DNA of 64,000 bases from a virus: IMG/VR virus record IMGVR_UViG_3300035190_001334, positions 81,467-145,466 of that record. The stretch is one strand, 5' to 3'. The notes below the pieces were generated by a model. The model saw nothing but the letters and a program-made list of their open reading frames with translations, made no database searches and was not told where the DNA came from. Numbering within the stretch: position 1 is the stretch's first letter; every line of letters begins with the position of its first letter. Shown here one piece after another: positions 18,815-28,867 of this stretch. The translations under genes were made by a program, and so were the position numbers.

Positions 18815-19144
18815 ATGATAACTAAAGAGTTATTAGATAAAGAATACTACTACATAAGAGACTTAGATAAGCTAACTAGCCCTGAGTACTTACAGAATAT
18901 AAAGTACTACGATTTAGAATATTTTCAAAGAGGCTATTTTTATCTCTACTTTTCTGACAAAATGAACAATTTGGTTCTAAGTTGGATTAACGATAATCTC
19001 GACCCTAAAGGTAATACTGGACACTTTTTAGAAGTTATTGCTACAGCTTTTGATGCTGTAGGATTACCTATTGGAGAGTATGAACGTGTTTTTACTGATA
19101 GTAGAGCGCACGACTTTTTTCTAGATTTGTTTGATTTTGAGTAA
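18815..19144 (+). CDS. Early hypothetical protein (cassette cargo 1)
   Basis: AGGAG RBS, 109 aa. Confidence 0.75.
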   Translation: MITKELLDKEYYYIRDLDKLTSPEYLQNIKYYDLEYFQRGYFYLYFSDKMNNLVLSWINDNLDPKGNTGHFLEVIATAFDAVGLPIGEYERVFTDSRAHDFFLDLFDFE

Positions 19145-19216
19145 CTAAGCTGAACAAATGAACGAAGTAAATACAGCACAGCTAAGACTAGCACTATCGC
19201 TAGTTGTTATCGTGAG
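19145..19216 (+). repeat. Repeat element B, copy 1
   Basis: CTAAGCTGA..ACAGCACAGCTAAGACTAGCACTA..TTATCGTGAG, repeated at 19811-19865. Confidence 0.85.
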
Positions 19217-19468
19217 GTGATTCTGTCGTATGAGACACAACGTTATCTATAGAGCTTAACCTATAGAACCGTAAGAACAGTTAAGCCTATCTTTTGATAG
19301 ATATAACCTAACGGCTGGTTAGTAAACCGTTTAAGACAATGACATACTTAACTTTGTAAACGTAACAACTGCTTAGAGTTTGTGAATGTAAGATTATCAT
19401 TGACTGTTAAATTAAGACGGTTGAACGAATAAAACAGGTTAAGTTTAGTCTAGTCCTAACTGTGCTGT
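19217..19468 (+). repeat. Structured repeat element A, copy 2
   Basis: Direct repeat of 18523-18770. Confidence 0.9.
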
Positions 19469-19501
19469 GAAGCTTATCACTACTATATAGGAGATAAGAA
19501 T

Positions 19502-19810
19502 ATGTGTGAAGTTCATAGAAATGGTAAAGCACTGAAACAAGTTAAAAATCTTGGTTGGTTGCTAAGAAATTGGAAAGATGTAAAAAACTTTGATGTGCGT
19601 TTATCAGGTAATAGGTTCCCTAGTGAATATACATTAACCGCTTTCTCTGATGATTGGTTTTTTACCACTGACTACGCATCGTTAAGCGTGTTACATACTT
19701 GGTTAAATAGACCTGTATTTGTTGGGTTGCCTATCAATTGGTTATCTGCTGATAAAGTTAAGATTGGTAGCCTTGAGTATGTAAAATTAAGTCCTGATAT
19801 CGCATCGTAA
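19502..19810 (+). CDS. Early hypothetical protein (cassette cargo 2)
   Basis: AGGAG RBS, 102 aa, unrelated to cargo 1. Confidence 0.75.
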   Translation: MCEVHRNGKALKQVKNLGWLLRNWKDVKNFDVRLSGNRFPSEYTLTAFSDDWFFTTDYASLSVLHTWLNRPVFVGLPINWLSADKVKIGSLEYVKLSPDIAS

Positions 19811-19865
19811 CTAAGCTGACAGCACAGCTAAGACTAGCACTAACGCTATGTCTATTATCGTGAGG
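19811..19865 (+). repeat. Repeat element B, copy 2
   Basis: Repeat of 19145-19216. Confidence 0.85.
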
Positions 19866-20197
19866 TTAATTATGTATCTCGACATCGTGCCAAGTCAATA
19901 TAGAGGTTTTTGGTTCTGTCATAACTTCGATGTTGTTGAGTCACCAAAGTATGTTGATGTTTGTGTTTGGTGTGTAAGGTTGCAAGCGTACTTTAAAAGC
20001 TTGTAACATTAACAAAACACCCTACACCCATTAATGAGTCTATGGTAAATATTTAAAATCCCCCAAAAATTTCTGTCTAGCTTCATGTAGGTTGATTATT
20101 CCTAACAGCATAGTTTTTTACTGTGCTGTCAAGAGTATTCACCTAAAAAGTGTATATCTCTACTAACCGCTAAAACAGTCTATAGGACTGGAATCAA

Positions 20198-20551
20198 ATG
20201 AACAAACGTGGGATTATAGCTGAAGGTCTTAATAGAGGCTACAGCATAGCAAAAAACATCGAACTTGTAGATATTGGTGATTACTGCGATGGTCAATTTT
20301 TAGATGAACGTGAAAACGTCAAAATCACATCAGACAATTGGCTAGAGTTTCATACTAACTACGCCTATGAATGCGAGTCTAATGACCGTCAATTTTCACC
20401 ATTTGAGTTCTTGGCTAACGACATCAACGCTACAGAAGATAATCCAAGGGTTAAATTTGAACCTTGGAGTGTTTTCGATGAAGCAATTTCTCGTGGTATC
20501 GCTAAAGCGCTTAAAGAGCGATGGAAGTCTCTACAAGTTGACAAAAAGTAG
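20198..20551 (+). CDS. Early hypothetical protein
   Basis: 117-aa ORF with RBS. Confidence 0.7.
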   Translation: MNKRGIIAEGLNRGYSIAKNIELVDIGDYCDGQFLDERENVKITSDNWLEFHTNYAYECESNDRQFSPFEFLANDINATEDNPRVKFEPWSVFDEAISRGIAKALKERWKSLQVDKK

Positions 20552-20762
20552 AGACTAAAACTAATGAAGCTTTAGAAGTGTTAAATCAACTTAAATTTAA
20601 CTCTACTTGTCTGCTTAGTTCTATAGAACGTGATACAGGCTATTGACTTTTTTCCTAACTGCCTGTAAGCTTTATGTTTATTGGCAGTCAAGAGCAAAGT
20701 AGTTAACACTTATAGCGCTCTTTTCGCTAACGCTTAAACTAGAACAACTAGGAATTAATACA

Positions 20763-21284
20763 ATGAAACCTACAACAGAAAATATCATCACTCGCAACAC
20801 TGAAACCGATGAAGTGATTGGCATCTATGAAGTGATTATCTCGCACATGAGAAATCCTGATACCTCCAGAGATGAAAAATCTAAAAACTTTCCAGATGAT
20901 AGTGACGCTTGGCTTGTAGTCATTAATGGTCAAAGGTTTGACTACTATACAGGTGTAGGTCATCGCCATATCGATAAAATGACTGTATTTGGTACTAAAT
21001 GGGATTACGACTACATTAAAAAGAATCGTCATAGACTGTATACGGATGTGTTGGTGCAAGTGTCAAAACCCGTAACGCCTAAATTTGACAGCATTTTGGC
21101 TTGTCTAGTAGAAGATGCTGTAGGTAGCGCCCAAACCTTTGATGATTGGTGTTATTGCTACGGTTATGATACTGATAGCCGTAAAGCTTTAGATATATAC
21201 ATGACTTGTCAAGAGACAGCTAAAAAGTTGAGACTCGCTAGAGTGCCAGTAGATGCAGAAGCAAAACGCCTAGAAGATTACTAA
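20763..21284 (+). CDS. Conserved phage early hypothetical protein
   Basis: TFDDWCYCYGYDTDSRKA..IY..C motif familiar from phage early genes. Confidence 0.75.
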   Translation: MKPTTENIITRNTETDEVIGIYEVIISHMRNPDTSRDEKSKNFPDDSDAWLVVINGQRFDYYTGVGHRHIDKMTVFGTKWDYDYIKKNRHRLYTDVLVQVSKPVTPKFDSILACLVEDAVGSAQTFDDWCYCYGYDTDSRKALDIYMTCQETAKKLRLARVPVDAEAKRLEDY

Positions 21285-21384
21285 ATAGAGTTTTCCTAGC
21301 AGTATCCGCTTGGGTATTGCTAAGAGCGCTCTAAGTGTCTCTTTTCAATTAATCACTTACTGTAAAAACAGGAATTAAAATCTC

Positions 21385-22347
21385 ATGGCAAGAATCAAAC
21401 GTGTTTTTCAAAATGCTAAGGAATGCATTCATGCATGGGCGCAACAGTCCCAAGATGAGGGACGCTCTAGTAATGTATCATTCAGAGCATCTAGCACTGC
21501 CCTAGAAGTTGGTGATGTGCTTTACAGCTACGATACTGCTATAGCTGCATTTCGTGAAACCCCTAACGGTGCAAAAGTCGTATTTCTTGACTATTGCTCC
21601 CACTCATCTTGCACATCAAAGCATCAAATGGCTATACGTCACAGCATTACACAACCTATCTACACTTATGACGATATCCCTCACTGGGTTAGAGATGATG
21701 TGAGATACCTTAGCGGTAGACGTGGCTCTAGGCGTGACAATGCGCCCCACACTGTCAAACCTGAATCTATTTGGCAACAATACAAAGATATCTTTGATGC
21801 TCTTGTTGCTACAGTTGGACAAAAGCGCTTTGCACGTACATCTTGCGAACGCTTAAACATGGCTAGAGAGTATGAAGCTGAAGCCAATCGCATCAAGCGT
21901 TGTTTCAATCTTGATAATTTCCCTGACTTAGAGCTAGTCATTACTCCTCAAATGCAGGAGTATGTAGAGCTTGCAGAACAAGCTAAAGCAGCAAAAGAAA
22001 AACGTGAGAAGGAAAGAATTCAGCGTGACATTGAACGTACTGCAATCGACCGTGAAAAATGGCTTACAGGACATTGCAATCGTTACCCTCACAGCTACTC
22101 TTTGCCAATTGTTCTACGCCTATCCCCTAGCGACTCTGAGCGTGTTGAAACCTCTAGAGGTGCATTTGTACCTGTCAAGGTGTGCGAACGTCTCTATCGT
22201 GCATTTAAAGCCCGTCAAATGCCTGATGATGTACGAGTTGGTAACTACACTTTGAATGAAGTATCTGAAAACGGCATAACTATCGGTTGCCATAAAATCA
22301 GCACTGATGAGCTTGAGAGATTTGCTAAAGTAATCGGTCTAGCTTAA
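21385..22347 (+). CDS. Conserved phage early hypothetical protein
   Basis: YSY.TAIA, S..TSKHQ, VETSRGA.VP and IGCH.I motifs. Confidence 0.8.
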   Translation: MARIKRVFQNAKECIHAWAQQSQDEGRSSNVSFRASSTALEVGDVLYSYDTAIAAFRETPNGAKVVFLDYCSHSSCTSKHQMAIRHSITQPIYTYDDIPHWVRDDVRYLSGRRGSRRDNAPHTVKPESIWQQYKDIFDALVATVGQKRFARTSCERLNMAREYEAEANRIKRCFNLDNFPDLELVITPQMQEYVELAEQAKAAKEKREKERIQRDIERTAIDREKWLTGHCNRYPHSYSLPIVLRLSPSDSERVETSRGAFVPVKVCERLYRAFKARQMPDDVRVGNYTLNEVSENGITIGCHKISTDELERFAKVIGLA

Positions 22348-22424
22348 CTGTCGAAACCTCACTCGCGACCGTAGGGAGTGAGGTCTTGTCTAGCTGACTA
22401 CTAGGCAACTGATGAGACAAGTCA
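22347..22424 (+). ncRNA. Hammerhead ribozyme, type II
   Basis: TGTC-GAAA-CCTCACTC/GAGTGAGG-TC^-TTGTCTAG/CTAGGCAA-CTGATGA-GACA; loop I TGACT can pair with 3' AGTCA; predicted cut after 22385. Confidence 0.9.
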
Positions 22425-22451
22425 ATTACAAACTACAAAGGAGTAGGAATA

Positions 22452-22835
22452 ATGTCTATAACTGTAAGACTTTGGACTGATGCAGACTTAGAACGTCTTG
22501 CGACCGATGATAACCTCTTGACTATATTCTTTAACGTCAAGACTTACTCACAGAAAGAAATCAAGCGCTTACATCAATTGACTGAAAAGCGCAAAACCTA
22601 TTTCATCTTTTTCACTCCTTTAAATGAAGTAGATAGACAGCAAGAACTCTCAGAGAAACAAATTAATCTAGATTTGTTTGTGCAGCACGAAGAGAGTGAT
22701 GACTATGAAGACTGCATCAAAGTCTATGCTGTATCTGATGAGAGCTTGCGATGGTTTCTCAAGCAAGAGTACCACTACTCAATGATTGATTCTATTATCG
22801 AAGTTGTTTCCACTACAAGAGAAGTATCACTATGA
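22452..22835 (+). CDS. Hypothetical protein
   Basis: Strong RBS (GGAGTAGGA). Confidence 0.7.
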   Translation: MSITVRLWTDADLERLATDDNLLTIFFNVKTYSQKEIKRLHQLTEKRKTYFIFFTPLNEVDRQQELSEKQINLDLFVQHEESDDYEDCIKVYAVSDESLRWFLKQEYHYSMIDSIIEVVSTTREVSL

Positions 22836-23155
22836 ATAATTCAGGTCTTGAATTACGATTGAGCGAGAAAAATAGTTACCTTATCCTAGATGGCTCTGCT
22901 ATCCCCTCTACCCTTGCAGAACATGAGATTGCATGGTTGAATGGATTCTCACACGATACAGCACTTATAGAACTTCTAGAGCATTGCCTGTGCAATGGTT
23001 GGCAAGTAGTGGCTGTAGCTTGTTTTGGTGGTATGGTTTTAGAGAGTCCTGACGGTGTTCTCTATGCTGATGTGAAGCATCAAACTCACAATGCAGTCTC
23101 TCAACTGCTAGAGGGTAAAAACTACTACTTCCATAGGACAGAAAGAGATGAATAA
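22832..23155 (+). CDS. Hypothetical protein
   Basis: ATGA overlap with upstream gene. Confidence 0.65.
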   Translation: MNNSGLELRLSEKNSYLILDGSAIPSTLAEHEIAWLNGFSHDTALIELLEHCLCNGWQVVAVACFGGMVLESPDGVLYADVKHQTHNAVSQLLEGKNYYFHRTERDE

Positions 23156-23897
23156 AACCAAACTAAAATCTTTTGTTGCAGACAAGCACATCCGCAAAAT
23201 TCTAAGTAAGAGTAAAATGCAAAAACCGCTTACCGATGAGATTGCACAACTATTAACAAATCTTGAGCAGCATTCTACAAATATGCGTAGTTAACATAAC
23301 TACGACAGTCCAGATTTAAGTGAACGCAGTATGTTACATCTTGCAGAATCTTATTTTCTGCAAATCTGCGACAAAGTAGTTATCGAACTATACGCTAAAG
23401 AGGTTTCTAGACCTATTATTGATGTTCTACTAAAAGTCAACATGAAAAGAGACAGCTTCGAGCTATTTAAAGAGCTTTTCAACAAAGACTACATCGTGAG
23501 AGAGGTTATCTACTTTTTTAGAAATCAGACACTAGAATTTGAGACTAAAACTCATGCCTGATATACAATTCCACAAAAACGCTGTAGTCTTTAACGGTAT
23601 TAACTGGCAGCTTGATTTAAGGTTGCTTGATTTTAGTTGGGTTTGGGACTTTCACAGAAAGAGTAAATCTAGCCTTGAGATTTTTACTCCTCTGTTATCT
23701 ATTTACTTTTGGAAGGGTTGTGATGATTGAAGGAGCTATTTTTGGTTTTACATTAGGTTGTGTCATGTCTGGCTTTACTTGTTTCCATCTTGGTTACGAG
23801 CAACGCAAATGGGACACACTCGAAATTACAGCACAAAAGAATGCCAAGATTGAGGCTTACGAGTCTATACTTGGCACGATGAAAATTAAAAAAGAGA

Positions 23898-24242
23898 TTG
23901 GACACAATCATGACTAAAAACTTTATTGTCGCTAGACTTTACGATAACGATTATGGACAAACGCTAGCTGAAGGATTGCAAGAGGCTATTCTTGATTACG
24001 GTTTGGAAAATGCTAGCGAAGCTTTACTAAAAAGGTTTCTAATCAATTTCACCATAGGCAAGCACCTATGCAAGCATACAAGACTGAATAAGTTGGAGTT
24101 GGATATAGATTATATCAAATCAGTTGACAGCTATCTAACTGAACAGCTTAGGGTTAGCTTTGAAAAATCTGCCCCAACACTTGACCATGACGGAGGCTCG
24201 GCAGTCTTTGACCTGAATCTTTTAAAATCGTGGACTTACTAG
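23898..24242 (+). CDS. Hypothetical protein
   Basis: ORF in the packed + strand array. Confidence 0.6.
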   Translation: MDTIMTKNFIVARLYDNDYGQTLAEGLQEAILDYGLENASEALLKRFLINFTIGKHLCKHTRLNKLELDIDYIKSVDSYLTEQLRVSFEKSAPTLDHDGGSAVFDLNLLKSWTY

Positions 24243-24968
24243 ATTTACTCCCAAAGGTATACAAAATAACTTGACTTTTCCTATCTGTTCGTGAGAAGCT
24301 ACCCTTAACGAACAGACAAAAGCAGTCACGCTCTACAACAAACTTTTACAATCGGAATATTACGCCATGAAAACATATCAATCACCATTTCATGCAACTT
24401 TACCAAAAAGTGAAGCAGACAAAGCTTGCATCGAAGCTGACTACACGATACATAATCGAGACTTGCCACTATCTCGCCCAACATCAAGGCGCAATTCTTG
24501 GAGCTTAATTCCAGCCATCAAATATTAGAGCATCGTATGGGAGGGTATACCCTTAACTACCCTCTCTTTAATTCGCTCACTACGTCAGTTACGCTCATTC
24601 TTTCCACTGACGTTAGTTGCCAACTTTCTCAGGAAAATAACTATGGAAACTGAAATTATCTACAGGTTGCAAGTCTACCGTGACACATACAACGACTTCA
24701 AAGACGCTGGTTTTGATGATTGGCTTGATGAAGCTGATGCAAAAGATTTTTTAGACCATCAACAGAAAGATTATGAGCATGAGTTATGGAGACTCATTAA
24801 AATCACAACTACCTATGAACCTATCTAAACTCACTCACTGCTATCAACTCTCAATCGCTGAGAGAAGCGTCACCAAGACACGCAACCAAGTTAACCTTGT
24901 AAAGATAGCCTCACACCTGCAACAAGTCTCAAATCGTCAAATCTTGCACTCTATAGGAGAATATCTCA

Positions 24969-25325
24969 ATGACAATAACTAATCGATGGTTTATAGAAAA
25001 GAAGTTTTTAGAAGGTGATTGGACAGATTACCCTTTCAACCCTGAAAGTGGCTATGAAACTAAAGAACAAGCTGAACAGTACACACCCGCACCTCATCAT
25101 GGTTATGAGTATCGCGTCACTGAACGTCAAATAGAGTTTCCTGTTAAGCGTAATGTATTTCTCAAAAGTCGCGTTACTGAGTTGATAATAGATGGTCACT
25201 TGTACCGCAAAACTGAACTTCCAGATAGTTTTACATGGGAGCAGTTCGATTTCGATAATACATGGACAGAGCCTTACTTTCTCGATGTACCAGAACTTGA
25301 ACGTGTCTTGACTTCACAGACGTAA
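24969..25325 (+). CDS. Hypothetical protein (Trp-rich domain family member)
   Basis: AGGAG RBS; C-terminal half resembles 37901/38355/39026. Confidence 0.65.
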   Translation: MTITNRWFIEKKFLEGDWTDYPFNPESGYETKEQAEQYTPAPHHGYEYRVTERQIEFPVKRNVFLKSRVTELIIDGHLYRKTELPDSFTWEQFDFDNTWTEPYFLDVPELERVLTSQT

Positions 25326-25395
25326 AAGAAAAGAAGCCGTCCTTGCCCCTAGCAAGGCGTGGCGGTACACTAACCCGCCGCTTGAGGTAAGAATA

Positions 25396-25641
25396 ATGAC
25401 TAATTCGTTTACCCTTTGGGAAACTATCCGAAATCGTCTTGAATACAAAATCAAGGCAGAAGTAAAAGCGAAAGCTGAATCCCTAATAAATTCTGGCGCT
25501 ATAAACTTCGATGCTTACCCTGATAACGTTGAACTCGCTGATTTATTACTCACTGCTGCTTTGCAAGACATCGTAGCCAAGCGCTTACACATCGCATCTA
25601 ACAAGACCAGAAAAGAATTGAAAAACTTGAAGCATTTCTAA
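25396..25641 (+). CDS. Hypothetical protein
   Basis: GAGG RBS; stop/start overlap with next gene. Confidence 0.65.
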   Translation: MTNSFTLWETIRNRLEYKIKAEVKAKAESLINSGAINFDAYPDNVELADLLLTAALQDIVAKRLHIASNKTRKELKNLKHF

Positions 25642-25901
25642 TGAACCAAACTTTCCGTATCAACAAAAATTGGTACATCGTCAAAGTCGAACCTATCGAT
25701 ATTCGCAGACCTTTTTTGCGAGTCATTGGTGAGTTCGCACACAAGCCAAACGTAGTGGATTACCCTATCCATTACAACGATGGAAGACAAAATCCAATCG
25801 CCTACGATTATCCCGAACGCATTCCCCAATTTGTCAAAAACAAAGTAGCCGCCTTGTACGAAAAATTTCCAATCTTAAAATGTGAGAAAAATCCCTCATG
25901 A
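25641..25901 (+). CDS. Hypothetical protein
   Basis: TAATG overlap with upstream gene. Confidence 0.65.
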   Translation: MNQTFRINKNWYIVKVEPIDIRRPFLRVIGEFAHKPNVVDYPIHYNDGRQNPIAYDYPERIPQFVKNKVAALYEKFPILKCEKNPS

Positions 25902-26255
25902 AAGCAATTGTAGTTTCCTATTCCAATCTCACTCGCAAGTATCGCGCCAAAGCTGAAGGCGTTCCTGCAATTTTTCGCAGTGTCGAACAAGACGGTGGCT
26001 ACACTGCCCCTAGAATCGCTCAAGAGCTTGCAGATAAATATAACTGATGTAAGTTCAACGGTGAAATCAAATATCGCTTAGAGCATGGCTTCTTACCCAA
26101 TGGCGATGATGTATTCGTGTTTGTCAAAGATGTTCAACCACTCCTAGATGAAGTTGAGTACATTCTTTCAATTGACTACGACTCCCAAAATCGCAACTTG
26201 GAACTTTGCAAAGATACCGTTGACACACTTCGAGAAACTTACGAAAAATACACCA

Positions 26256-26531
26256 ATGGCTAACAAACACTTACCGAAAAAAGGTAGCGCCGACTTTGGG
26301 ACTGTTGAACATTATTACTTTGAGATTGAGAGAAAAATGGAACCAACTATTTTTAATTGTATCGAGTCTGCTATTGTTGCCCGTATCGATGGCGACTGGG
26401 ATAATCCAGACCTACTAGACTACGGTGATTTGAATGTGAGTGAAAAGGCTGATATTGAAAAAATTATATCAACTGCTCCTCTAGAAGAAACAGATAAATA
26501 TAAATTGAGGGTTAAATATCTTGCAAACTAA
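26256..26531 (+). CDS. Hypothetical protein (start uncertain)
   Basis: ORF in the + strand array. Confidence 0.5.
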   Translation: MANKHLPKKGSADFGTVEHYYFEIERKMEPTIFNCIESAIVARIDGDWDNPDLLDYGDLNVSEKADIEKIISTAPLEETDKYKLRVKYLAN

Positions 26532-27111
26532 AAACCTCTCTCGCGAAGCCTTACTCACTTCTTTTCTGCAACGAGCTTGCGACATCTCTTCCAGTGGCTT
26601 GCAAATCTGCACTGACGGCTATCTCTATGCTTCTGGTGAAATGATAGCCGCTTGGCGCGAAGCCGTCTTGTTCATCGATTTTGGCTCTGATAAGGTATGC
26701 AATCGTAGAGCAGCTAACGACCTCAAAGAGTTGGCAGAAAAGGAAGGTGTCGTGTATGCCCCTTACAATACACACTCCTATGTAATCTCACGCGAATTTC
26801 AGTTTGCTGAGCGTATGGTGTCATATACCATCTGGGCTACCCCTAAAGATGTAAATCCAAAAAATATCTTTGCCCAATCGAAAAAAGTGCTTGACAAAGC
26901 TATAGAAAAAAATATAAGCTATGAAAGCATTCACGCATTGATTGATTCAACACAACACATTGCATCGTTATTCAGTTTTGAGTTTGATGCAACACAGTAC
27001 GAAACACAACGAAAACAACAAGAGCAACTAGAACGCACTAAAAAACAAAAAGCTGCTCAGTATCATTTCCAAGAATATCAACGCATCACACAGGAGCTAG
27101 AGGCATCATGA
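26521..27111 (+). CDS. Hypothetical protein
   Basis: 196-aa ORF, GAGG before TTG start. Confidence 0.65.
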   Translation: MQTKNLSREALLTSFLQRACDISSSGLQICTDGYLYASGEMIAAWREAVLFIDFGSDKVCNRRAANDLKELAEKEGVVYAPYNTHSYVISREFQFAERMVSYTIWATPKDVNPKNIFAQSKKVLDKAIEKNISYESIHALIDSTQHIASLFSFEFDATQYETQRKQQEQLERTKKQKAAQYHFQEYQRITQELEAS

Positions 27112-27401
27112 ATAATAAAAAAGCAACATTCTGGAAGTATCAGGGAAATCACCACGAAGGTAGGAATTGTGAACGGAAAGACCCTCACAGTTTTGGACTT
27201 GCTTTAATTTCATTCATGGAATATATGCACAGGTCGGGTAATTACCAATATCCTGTAGATGAGTTTGATATTGAGCGTATCAAAATCACCAAACACAAAC
27301 CCAAAGATGCTTTTGGTCAAGAAATTACAGTCTCAGCACCTCAAGAAATCTGGGATAAGGCGAAACAGTTTCAAGAAAGTATCGGATACCTGACAAATTA
27401 G
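27108..27401 (+). CDS. Hypothetical protein
   Basis: ATGA overlap with upstream gene. Confidence 0.65.
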   Translation: MNNKKATFWKYQGNHHEGRNCERKDPHSFGLALISFMEYMHRSGNYQYPVDEFDIERIKITKHKPKDAFGQEITVSAPQEIWDKAKQFQESIGYLTN

Positions 27402-27486
27402 ATTCTCTCTCGCTGGGTAGTCTTGTACTGCCTAGCCAAAGGTAATCTAGCGTTACCTCAACAAACTACATTAAGGAGCAATTCAA

Positions 27487-27774
27487 ATGACTCTCGCTAC
27501 ACTACCTAAAAACCCTCTCACTCTCAAAGATTTCACTCTCCACGACCTTTTCTTGCGCCAAAGCCTAGATAATACCTTCGGCAAGCTTGCAACGGGCTAC
27601 AAGCCGCCTAAACTACAGGGGCGACCCCATGCAGTCAAAGAGTTCATTCTCTTGCACACAGAAAAAGAGTTGGTTATCCTCTACAGACACTCAGGACGCT
27701 TGATTGAAAAAGTGTTCACTGATGTAGATGCTTGCCTTGAATTTGCAGAAAAGAGATTTGGAGTGACATTGTAA
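27487..27774 (+). CDS. Hypothetical protein
   Basis: AAGGAG RBS. Confidence 0.7.
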   Translation: MTLATLPKNPLTLKDFTLHDLFLRQSLDNTFGKLATGYKPPKLQGRPHAVKEFILLHTEKELVILYRHSGRLIEKVFTDVDACLEFAEKRFGVTL

Positions 27775-27983
27775 TGATTACTACTTACCAAGAATTAAAG
27801 GAAGCTTTTTGCGACTTCAACGATAACAACGATGGGTTTCCCCCTGTAGACGTTCTACAAAACACTTCAAACTATTCTCTCGTTTATACAGGCGCAGAAC
27901 CAATCGAACGTAAAGACTTCGAGATTTTGCTTGCTGAGTTTTGGGACTATATTGACTGGTACTTAGATGAGGAAACACCATGA
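27774..27983 (+). CDS. Small acidic hypothetical protein
   Basis: TAATG overlap with upstream gene. Confidence 0.6.
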   Translation: MITTYQELKEAFCDFNDNNDGFPPVDVLQNTSNYSLVYTGAEPIERKDFEILLAEFWDYIDWYLDEETP

Positions 27984-28099
27984 CAATCGAACTTTCAATC
28001 TCAGGTGAGGCGGGGACGTTACTGCAAGACCTTTCCGCCTTATCACAATCAAGAAATCCTTAGCGACTAAATTCTACTACTACAAGAGGTAATCCTGAA

Positions 28100-28594
28100 A
28101 TGACCGCTACTACGCAGTTACACCATCGCCAGACCGCACCACAACACTTCACCAATTCACGCATCACCTCACAAGTTTGCGCCATACTCAAGAGCGCTCG
28201 TAAATCCATAGCGGTCAGCAACCACGCTAAAGACAAGTATGAGCGTTACTTGTGGCAACCACGAACAAATTCAGTCACCAAAAATGGCAGAGAGTTCCCA
28301 ATCAGCCGACTCGACTACACCTCACTAAGATTCAGCACTTCTTTTTCTGCCCTCCTAGCGTCAGCGCAGGAAACTAACATCTTCGAGATTGTTTTGAATA
28401 CAGATTATGAGGTAACTAAACTCGCTCTACGGGTAGATTTACCAACAAGCCCTGATACGGATATCATTCTCGTATTAGCTGGTGAACTGGAAACCGACAG
28501 ACTTGAATACCAAAGCGTAAGACTGGTCACTTGGTACTTGAACCACAAAAACGACAATCATTCCACACTACAGAAAGAGAGATACGCATCATGA
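28100..28594 (+). CDS. Conserved phage protein, possibly a RelE/BECR-fold RNase-like protein
   Basis: SNHAKD...TKLALRV...DIILVL...VTWYLN..ND.H.TL...Y pattern. Confidence 0.45.
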   Translation: MTATTQLHHRQTAPQHFTNSRITSQVCAILKSARKSIAVSNHAKDKYERYLWQPRTNSVTKNGREFPISRLDYTSLRFSTSFSALLASAQETNIFEIVLNTDYEVTKLALRVDLPTSPDTDIILVLAGELETDRLEYQSVRLVTWYLNHKNDNHSTLQKERYAS

Positions 28595-28867
28595 TTGTAA
28601 TCACAGAAGTTTCTAATCCCCAAGACATTCAAAAATTTGATTCACTTCGAGAATTGTTGGTCTTCATTAATGCTTATCTCGTTGAAGGTAGTATTGATTA
28701 CACTGAAGAAGACTACAAAGATGGCTTATCTTTTCTTGGTTTCGGTTTGGTAGGTTAGCTTGCCTACAACATTTTTGAACCTAGCCCCCAACTCGCTAAG
28801 ATTGGTGCAACTATTGCATTGCTTGGACTTACAGGCGCAGCTTTAACTAACATTAACGACTAAACAC

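Noticed and set aside
18523-19865. Repeats as a CRISPR array or group I intron (GACTAG/TAGTCC resemble P7)
   Set aside because: Only two long units with ORFs between them and no repeat-spacer periodicity; the P7-like words are part of a 19-bp inverted repeat and no P3/P4/P6 core could be built
20089-27449. Intergenic hairpins as integron attC sites
   Set aside because: TCCTAAC resembles the R'' box, but the partner is GTC/GCT/GAC rather than the invariant GTT, AAC is not kept in all copies, and no integron integrase is in the window
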